Position numbers and translations under genes: made by a program
The notes under the pieces: generated by a model
What the model was told of the DNA's origin: nothing
Databases searched by the model: none
The model's input: the letters and a program-made list of their open reading frames with translations, nothing else
Assembly (NCBI GenBank): GCA_000934665.2
Contig: KZ538034.1
Span: 124,001-153,287 of the forward strand
Length of the DNA stretch: 29,287 bases
Reading direction: 5' to 3'
DNA from: Catajapyx aquilonaris
Lineage: Eukaryota
In this document: piece by piece, positions 1 through 29,287 of the stretch
Numbering within the stretch: position 1 is the stretch's first letter
How the letters are laid out: the number at the start of each line of letters is the position of its first letter

Positions 1-1622
1 AATAAGAATTTTTTTTTTGATGCCTTCACTTGCTCAACTGTACTAAAAGTAACGAGACACTATGTAAAATTCCATGTGTCTTTCAATGTTGTTGGTAGCG
101 TTTCCAGCAAAGTGGCATTTCTAAAGTTTTTAAAAAAAACTCTTCAGGCCCTCAATTTTGTAGGAATTTCACCTGTAGTTGAGAACTTAAAAAATATATT
201 ACCAGAAATAACTACCATGACAAGCATAATTATCTTGTCAACAGGAAACAGGCACTGTGTTGCATGTGTGCCACTGCTGCAAGATGTCTTCAAAGCACAG
301 CCAGTGGTATACTTGTGGCTGACAAATAATTGATCACTGAATATGCAAAGAACATCAGAGGACTTTCCTTTGATCCAAGGATGTCATTTCCCCCCCATGG
401 CCTTATCCTTACTAAAGTATATCACAATTTCTTTCCAGGTTTTCAGGCAGCCCACCACCAGTAATTTCACGCAATTCATGAATGAAAATAATATCCATGT
501 GTGTACTAAAGGACCAACACCAAGATTGAACTCAATGTGGCACAAACACATCAGTTTTTAAGACTTCAATTTAGCTGTTATAGAACTGCTTGGTGTTATA
601 TTTTACAAGCTCCACTGATTTTCATTAGCAGTTACAGATTGTTCAAGCAAAGAAATGCTAAACTATCCCTTCTGCAATTGGAAGCAACAGGGACTTAAGC
701 ACAAGTCACTCTGTAGTGTGAGAAGGCAAATGTAAATGTTACGGCAATTCTCTAGTCCAATAACTGCACAGACATGACCACTGTCTGTCAAGTCCTAAGA
801 AAGCTCCCAGAGCTTTTCTCTGGCCAAGAAAAAAAAAAAAACATAATGGAGATAACAGTGGTTAAAATCTGTTGGAACTACTCTGATTCACTCATGTTAC
901 TTCAGCATGTGCGAGTGTGAAGTAAGCATTTTAGGTTCGTCTTATTGGGGTATTCCTCGAACTTGTTTGGTATGATTGCTCTAGAGATCCTTTAATTTGC
1001 TCTAAATCTATGCTTTGAGCAGATACATTGCAAGTAGTTGCTCTCACTGACATCACACATCATGTGGTACCAAGGTAAACTGCCCAGGTGATGAACTAGC
1101 CAAGGTGTGAATTGTAGGGGTGGCTCGCACAGACATGGTTTAAACACCATCTTCAGTTGTGCAGACTAAGGTTTCGACATCAGCTGGGGTTCAATCCCTA
1201 TCAGCCCCTTGAATTTGGCCACAACACCAAGGGCTTGGTACTTCAGAGAGCGAGAAATCCAGATCCCTACTTTAATTTCATAACTACGTACTTTATAAAT
1301 CCGTACACATTTACTACTTATCTGCAGTTCTTCTTGTTTGAGCTCCTTTGTACAGATTCCACCTGTTAATTATCCTACCTTCGAAGTCCATTCAAAATAT
1401 CAACTACTGCACATGAGTTTTACACTGACAAAAAAATGCAGCAGCTGACATTCAGTAAAGGTTAAATACGATGTCAAGAACCTTGCCCATTAAACCTGAG
1501 TGTTTTTAAACTTCTAAGCTACATTTTCCCTGCACCAAAATATGCTTAAAAAATAACGACTTGCTAAATTAGGGCTCAATAAATAAAATAATGCATAGTG
1601 GAAATAGTGCAATGATCCTCAC

Positions 1623-23492
<21,870 letters not shown>

Positions 23493-23894
23493 GGTGGCTG
23501 CTGCACCCAGGGCCTAACCTTCCTTTCCCCTCTTTACTGCAGCACACCCGCACAGCACACCCGAGGCAGCAAGACCCAAGGGCCGCCCCTCCCCTCCTAC
23601 TCTTAACACTGGTCACGGACCCCCCACCCTTCCTTCCGCACCACCACCACCACCTCCTCCTTCGAATCTCCGCTAGGAGAAGCGTGTCCTATCCGGTCCG
23701 GAGGGCTGCCTGCCCCCGCGGCTGTTCACAGGGAAGGTGAGTCGGCCCATGGTCCTCTCGGGGCCGAGGGTGGTTGAGCAGAGTGGCTTCGCTTCCTCCC
23801 CTCCTGGCCAGACGCCATGATGGAGGACTCCTGCCGCCTCGTTCGTTCCGAATCCTCCCTCCCTCCTCCCCCACCCATCAACCCGCTCATCACA

Positions 23895-23935
23895 GCGCAT
23901 GCGCCTCAGGAAGTCGCAACCGCGGGCACTTCCGC
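23895..23935. promoter_or_regulatory. Putative DOT1L promoter: NRF1/Erect-wing palindrome plus two inverted ETS sites in CpG-rich DNA
   Basis: GCGCATGCGC at 23895-23904, CAGGAAGT at 23907-23914, ACTTCCG at 23928-23934; ~400 bp upstream of the DOT1L ATG in a CpG-rich segment. Confidence 0.55.
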
Positions 23936-24097
23936 GACATCTGTCCGCCACACTCGCAACCAACGAATTCGAACTGAAAAAAAATAACTGGTTCCATTTC
24001 CGCACGAATAAAACGCAATTTTTTTTTTGCATAAAAATTCAATGTAATATACTCCAATTTTTTTTAAATAATGAGTTTTCTTAAATGAATTACATGT

Positions 24098-24255
24098 TCA
24101 TAGGTACAAGCTGGCGGCAAACACAATGTCACGCTTGATGAGCTTGATCCCTTCGCTGAAGCGATTCTCCAAATCTGTGTTGCCGATGGTCTTGGCAGCT
24201 TGCACCATCTGACGCAACAGCTCTTCCAGTCTCCGCATGCATCGGATTATGCTTC
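24098..24255 (-). CDS. MTREX: MTR4 exon 14 (terminal)
   Basis: [33 protein letters not shown]. Confidence 0.95.
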
Positions 24256-27200
24256 CTGCAATTTTTAAAAATATGCGTTTTTAACTGCAGCAAACATAAA
24301 GATCCAATTTTCGAAACAGAACTCACCCTCAAATATTTCAGTCATTTGGCAAATCTTTGAAAAGGATACTCCTTTACACCACTCGTGCACCACGTCCATC
24401 AAGTATGGACGAAACTGCTCCACGTACGAGTCCTCTTCAATTTCCAGCTTGGAGTCTTTGCTCACTTGCGCTATTCTCCGTGCAGCCTCCTGCAAAATGT
24501 ATGAGTGTTCACAAGTCGTACTCTTTCTCATCTCAGTCCAGTTTCCTTACCTGCATCTGTCTGAGTGGGCCTGACAGCTCTTCTGAAAGGCGAGGCATTT
24601 CTGAGGCTCTCTCATCACACACAAAGCAGCTCAAAATGGCCACACACTGTGGCACCGTGAGTGGAGTGAACACGTTATTGAAGATCAGCTCTGTCAATAG
24701 TAACTCATCCGCACTGGAAAGTACAGGCAAAGGTAAGTACAATCACATTTCCGGATTAATCAGCCTAGGTTGTTACCTGCTCAGTTCACAAGCCACCCTG
24801 CCCTTGACTTCTATCACGTCCTGAGCAGTGGCGTAACCCATCCGCCTCAACACTCTTTTCCGGCACTTCAGCTCTTCCATCTGAAGAAGTGACTTGGCCT
24901 TCTTCAGCTCCGTTTTGGACGTTTTTACTTGATTCATGAGCTGCATGGAGTGTGAAGAAGTGTTCATACATGTGGCACAGGAACACTAATATTGTACTTA
25001 CATCAACTTTTTTGCTGTAAAGATTGTACAGTTCATCAAGCTTTGGATCCTGATGCAAACTATGGGCAAAAAGGCGCTTCTCAAATGCCTCTATTTTCTC
25101 CACTATTTCACTGAACTTTTTGTCTTTGATGTTCATGTCTCGAATTGGATCCAACAGGGGGATGCCTTGAGGGAATCGCTTCTTCACTTCCTAAGGGTAA
25201 AATTTCACAGGATAATGAGGGGAGTCAAACATGCACAATTAAGCACTACCCTACAACATGGAAATTCAAGCTTTCTTTTTTTCCACCCCTTTCAGCGAGA
25301 TTAATACCACTAGATTCTCTATATTGATCTATGAATTTCGCTCAAGAGTAGCCACAACTTACACAAATCACTACCTAAAAGGGTGTGACTTACCCTTATG
25401 CTCTTGAGAACAGACATCCTGTTATCGTGTGAGCGAAGGTCTTTAGGGTAGTAGAGTCGCACTGTGCTGATCTGCACAATAAGGCTGAGCAGAACTGGAA
25501 CCACCTGCATGTCCCCTCCACTGCCTGATGGGGGTGCTGGTTTCAATTCCGAACTCACTTTCCCTCCATCTTTGGCCACATGTAGGAGACATTCCACAAC
25601 GTACATGTCCGATGAGTCAAGAGGATTCTCCCCTGGCCGCGACTCCTTCTTAAAGTTGATCACAATCCCCCAATCGAAGTCGTCCTCCTGGTTTTTGATC
25701 TTCACCATCCTGCCAGCTTGGAGGTATGGCACTATGTACTGCGGTTTGGTCAGGAATGACTGAAATTCCTTCCCCAATGCTGTCAGCTGCTGGCGGATCT
25801 TGTAGTAGGATGATACTGCTGTTTCATTTGCGACTGTTATGCTTTCATAGGAGCGTTGGGCCTCATTCAGTTCTGTCAATTGGAAAAAAAGTAAAGTATA
25901 ACTATCTATAATAATTTATACCACCACCATGCACCATCTTTACAATTTTCTGCAGTATGGGAATTAATGAGTGATGTAACCTAACCCAAGAGTACTGATA
26001 GCTGATCAGCTCTCTTTTTTCCCGATCATTTGACTACATAGGCCTATCCCAAATTAGTGCCCTTGGCATTTCCTCTTCAAATCAAATGACTCTCAATTTA
26101 GGTTAGGTCACCTATCAAACCCTGTGCTACAAATATAGCATCATTCAATTATCAGTCAATTGAATAGTTTAATTAATAATTTAATGATGATAATTTAGGC
26201 AAGAAAACCTTGAAGATTACAACATATTATCCTTGGCAAATACTTACTTTTGAATAGAACAGGTATAGAGGCATAGTTCTGAAACTGATAGAAGCTCCTT
26301 TCTAGCATGTACTCTGGATTGATCTCTTCCACTCGAAGCAGGTTGAGAACCATGTTGTAGGTAAGGTGGAAAGCAGAATTGATTGGGTCAGCTTGCCCCT
26401 TCAGTAGTTCCTTCCCCACTGAGGGACTCATCTTTTCATCCACCATGAGAATAACAATCCCCCGTTCATCCAGGCCTCTGCGTCCTGCCCTGCCAGACAT
26501 CTGGATGTACTCGCCAGATGTGATCCACCGAAAGGTCTTCCCATCAAATTTACTGGTGTTGGTGAACATGACTGTCCTAGCAGGCATATTAAGGCCCATT
26601 GCAAAAGTCTCTGTTGCAAACAAAGCCTTTATAAGGCCTTCACCAAAAAGGATCTCAATAGTTTCTTTCAGGATCGGCAGCAATCCTGAAACATGTGGTA
26701 CAACAGTGTAAAAATAAAATCACTAATACACCTAGGTCATATAGTACACGGTTATCAGCAGGCACACTAATGCACAAATAACTAGGAATCTCAGCAAGCT
26801 TAAAAATGTCTACAGAAAAATTTCATTGCAGGATGCATAAGCATTCATATAACCTCCATGATGAATCCCAATCCCACGCTTCAGAAGAGGAATAACGTTT
26901 TGCACTTGGGGCAACTTGCGATCGTCCTCACTCAAGACATCCATTGCATTGTTAAAAACTTCATCCACCAACTTCTTCTCATCCGCTATAAAATCAATAA
27001 ATTATGCATCACTAAATGAATAGTATAAAAAAAAGGAAGAAGTCAGCAATGTATTACCTGTATTGAAGTCCAACTTGGCCATCTGAAGGGCATACGCTTC
27101 ACAATCTTTCTTGCTAAAACTAAAAATGATAACTGGTGCAAAATGTCTTTCCATGATCATTTTCACAATTTTGTAACAGTTGGTTTCATTTTTGAATCCA

Positions 27201-28923
27201 CCTTTGCGGCCTTTCTGATCTCCCTTCGATGCATCTCCTGAATTCTGAAGAATGGCCATGGCGGTGTTGAAGTTATCCTCACGAAACTGGCCCTGAAGGA
27301 TAATTATCATAAAATGCAGAAAGCTGACAAATTTTCTCATGCACGTGACCAGGCATGCAGATAATGGTGTGCACAAGCAACCAGCTACTTCTGATGTTAC
27401 TGGAATTAATATATAAAATATAACTGCAAAGTTATACTCACAGTTTCGTCAACTACCAAGTGAATCCCATCCCCTCCTGCAGGGAATATGTAGTGCTGCA
27501 AAGGCACAGGCCGATAATCTGTATAAATGACATGGCATGGCTGCTTGTGGAGGTGAGTGACCCATTCAGCGAACTGGCAAGCATTGGGAATGGTGGCTGA
27601 GAGAAAGACGTAGTGGACATTGTCTGGAAGAAGGATGATGGTCTCCTCCCATACCACGCCACGCTCCTTGTCACGCATGTAGTGAATTTCATCAAACACC
27701 ACCCAGCCCACCTCACGCATCACCTCAGAGCCTCGATACAGCATGTTACGCAGAATCTGTTGGGCAAAATGTGGTTATGAAGTACGACCCCCGTAGCACT
27801 CGAAGCTTCCTTTCAGAAATATCAGTCTCAAATGTGATCTGATATTATGTAAAATCATCTTTGGCAGCCTTTATTGGATGGATTTGGGCATCTCACCTCA
27901 GTGGTCATAATTAGGCAGCTGGCACTTGGATTGATAGTCACATCTCCAGTGATGAGACCTACATCTTTAAACGCTTCATAAAACTCCCTGTACTTCTGAT
28001 TGCTAAGAGCTTTGATTGGGGTAGTATAAATGACTCGCTGCTTGTCACGTAGTGACATGGCTATAGCATACCTGCAAATCAACAATAGGATCAAAATGAA
28101 CTCTGAGTGGTTTGCAAAAACCCACAGCCTTACTCTGCAACAACAGTTTTGCCAGCTGAGGTGTGAGCTGACACCAACACCGACTGATTATTCTCAATGC
28201 AAAGAATAGCCTCCTTCTGAAATGGATCCAGCACAAACTTGTACTCCTTGGCTGGCTTGCTGGAAACAGGACGTAGTGGAACATACTCCGTGTTTGGTGG
28301 CAGGGTACACTCATGTGTGCATGCTTCAAGTGTCTCCACTGAGTGCAGCGTGATGTGGGGGAGGTTGGCATCCAGTCTAAATTTGACAGAAAAATATTTT
28401 CATCAAGAAGAAATAACATTTGATGCGCTTTTCTTGAGGGGTTAGTCACTTGATACTATAGTGTACGACAGACATCCCAGACTTCACCAGGACTTCAGTC
28501 TCGGTGTACGACGGACTTCATATGTGACTAACCCCTCTACATATCCCCTCATAACCTACGGTAGGTCTCCATCACTGTCCACCTTCTGCTTCTTGCTGCT
28601 GTCTTCTCCTGCCGCATCATCATCATCAAGGATCCTCTTCAACGCTACGGCCTCAATAAGATCTTGAGGCCTGAAACAGCGTGGAACATGAGCATATTTT
28701 CACCGCAACAAATGTGTCATACCCACTTGATCCTTGACGTCTGCTCCTCTGTTCGAATGGTCTTCTCCGACTCCTGAGGCTGATCCTCCTTCTCATCCGC
28801 ATTCTGCTTACCCTTCCCCTTTTTCTTCTTCGCCCCTTTGCCCTTCCCACCCTTCTTGAACGCCTTGTACTTGGCCTGTCCGACTCCCTCGTCTTCGAAA
28901 ACGCTGAAAAGGTCCTCTTCCAT
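24098..28923 (-). CDS. MTREX: Exosome RNA helicase MTR4 / MTREX / SKIV2L2 (Ski2-like DExH helicase), complete, 14 exons, 1053 aa
   Basis: join(minus): 28923-28727, 28670-28560, 28376-28134, 28071-27897, 27756-27442, 27292-27058, 26985-26854, 26685-26248, 25872-25394, 25190-25002, 24940-24777, 24713-24551, 24489-24327, 24255-24098 = 3162 nt. Motifs: [65 protein letters not shown], arch/KOW region (FDWGIVINF) and C-terminal [12 protein letters not shown]. Confidence 0.97.
24327..24489 (-). CDS. MTREX: MTR4 exon 13
   Basis: [26 protein letters not shown]. Confidence 0.94.
24551..24713 (-). CDS. MTREX: MTR4 exon 12
   Basis: [25 protein letters not shown]. Confidence 0.94.
24777..24940 (-). CDS. 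MTREX: MTR4 exon 11
   Basis: [33 protein letters not shown]. Confidence 0.94.
25002..25190 (-). CDS. MTREX: MTR4 exon 10
   Basis: [27 protein letters not shown]. Confidence 0.94.
25394..25872 (-). CDS. MTREX: MTR4 exon 9 (arch/KOW)
   Basis: [34 protein letters not shown]. Confidence 0.94.
26248..26685 (-). CDS. MTREX: MTR4 exon 8
   Basis: [40 protein letters not shown]. Confidence 0.96.
26854..26985 (-). CDS. MTREX: MTR4 exon 7
   Basis: [38 protein letters not shown]; weak donor G|GTTATA. Confidence 0.93.
27058..27292 (-). CDS. MTREX: MTR4 exon 6
   Basis: [28 protein letters not shown]. Confidence 0.95.
27442..27756 (-). CDS. MTREX: MTR4 exon 5 (DEIH)
   Basis: [32 protein letters not shown]. 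Confidence 0.96.
27897..28071 (-). CDS. MTREX: MTR4 exon 4
   Basis: [33 protein letters not shown]. Confidence 0.96.
28134..28376 (-). CDS. MTREX: MTR4 exon 3
   Basis: ..[35 protein letters not shown]. Confidence 0.94.
28436..28537. mobile_element. 102-bp MITE-like element in MTR4 intron 2
   Basis: Perfect 14-bp terminal inverted repeat GAGGGGTTAGTCAC / GTGACTAACCCCTC; internal direct repeats GTGTACGACRGAC x2 and GACTTCA x3; no clear target-site duplication. Confidence 0.6.
28560..28670 (-). CDS. MTREX: MTR4 exon 2
   Basis: [36 protein letters not shown]; tttcag acceptor, GTAGGT donor. Confidence 0.8.
28727..28923 (-). CDS. MTREX: MTR4 exon 1
   Basis: [13 protein letters not shown].. (N-terminal DLFSVF motif as recalled for MTR4); donor AA|GTGGGT is required by phase. 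Confidence 0.85.
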
Positions 28924-29218
28924 CCTCGACCACGCTACGTTCGAAATATTCCAGGACCCGAACGAAAATGGACTCGCCCGCTTGTGCGAAAGGCACGCAG
29001 GATTTGACCCCGGGCGTCGCAATGGAACAAACTACGGCCAATCTTGGCACGAGCAATGCCAAATTAGGACTGCCTTTTCAGCAAGGAGCAAACACGCTGC
29101 TTTTCTAGCACAGTGCTGCCCCCACCTGTTTTGATGACAGGACAACAGATGGCGGAAGCGGTCCAGTATATGAGGCCAAAAGGCGAGTCAAGTACCTCCA
29201 GAAGAAGCACCCTCTCTC
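28924..29218. promoter_or_regulatory. MTR4 promoter region lying between MTR4 and the divergent 5S sequence
   Basis: CpG-rich; CCAATC at 29038-29043; overlapping YY1/ETS-like AGATGGCGGAAG at 29147-29158; immediately upstream of the ATG. Confidence 0.45.
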
Positions 29219-29287
29219 GCCAAGGGCCATACCACGTTGAAAGCACCGGTTCTCGTCCGATCCCCGAAGTGAAGCAACGTCGGGCCC
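29219..29287 (+). rRNA. 5S rRNA: 5S rRNA (nt 1-69, truncated by the window edge); could be a gene, variant, pseudogene or SINE3 head
   Basis: GCCAAGGGCCATACCACGTTGAAAGCACCGGTTCTCGTCCGATCCCCGAAGTGAAGCAACGTCGGGCCC closely follows the metazoan 5S 5' half. Helix II (CCACGTTG / CAACGT[C]GG) and loop C (TCTCGTCCGATC) are intact. Confidence 0.9.

Noticed and set aside
1130..1190. Hammerhead-like strings on the minus strand (GAAAC..GTC..CTGAAGA)
   Set aside because: Stems I and II do not close around the core in any topology.
1115..1210. Possible tRNA gene (B-box GGTTCAATCC)
   Set aside because: No cloverleaf and no proper A box; at most a SINE relic.
1318..1362. Possible next or terminal DOT1L exon (VESVQRSSNKKNCR-stop)
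   Set aside because: Poor acceptor context and no similarity to DOT1L that I recognise; the gene more likely continues beyond the window.
24360..24370. GTATCCTTT U12-type donor consensus on the minus strand
   Set aside because: It lies inside MTR4 exon 13 (codons GVSF) and the reading frame is continuous through it.
25975..26110. TAACCTAACC..TTAGGTTAGGTCA inverted TTAGG-like motifs in MTR4 intron 8
   Set aside because: Only about two units per side; too short to call telomeric sequence or a transposon.
28990..29045. tRNA-like A/B box pair on the minus strand in the MTR4 promoter (GGGTCAAATCC)
   Set aside because: The B box lacks the invariant GTTC and no cloverleaf forms.

Overview
Eukaryotic, most likely arthropod, genomic DNA with two intron-containing genes in tandem on the minus strand. 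The first is a complete MTR4/MTREX (SKIV2L2) exosome RNA helicase: 14 coding exons, 28923->24098, 1053 aa. Only 605 bp downstream lies the 5' part of the H3K79 methyltransferase DOT1L/grappa: 12 coding exons, 23492->1623, 621 codons, continuing beyond the left edge. I derived all exon boundaries by hand from GT-AG sites and they are phase-consistent. A 5S rRNA-like sequence starts 295 bp upstream of the MTR4 ATG on the opposite strand and runs off the right edge. The introns hold a 525-bp fold-back mariner relic built from two transposase 3' ends, a 102-bp MITE-like element and short dispersed-repeat relics. DOT1L also contains a sharply bounded ~13 kb CpG-retaining domain (introns 2-4, including exons 3-4) inside otherwise CpG-depleted gene bodies. 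Most ORFs in the supplied track are spurious. I found no convincing new protein-coding system; the novelties are non-coding or architectural.
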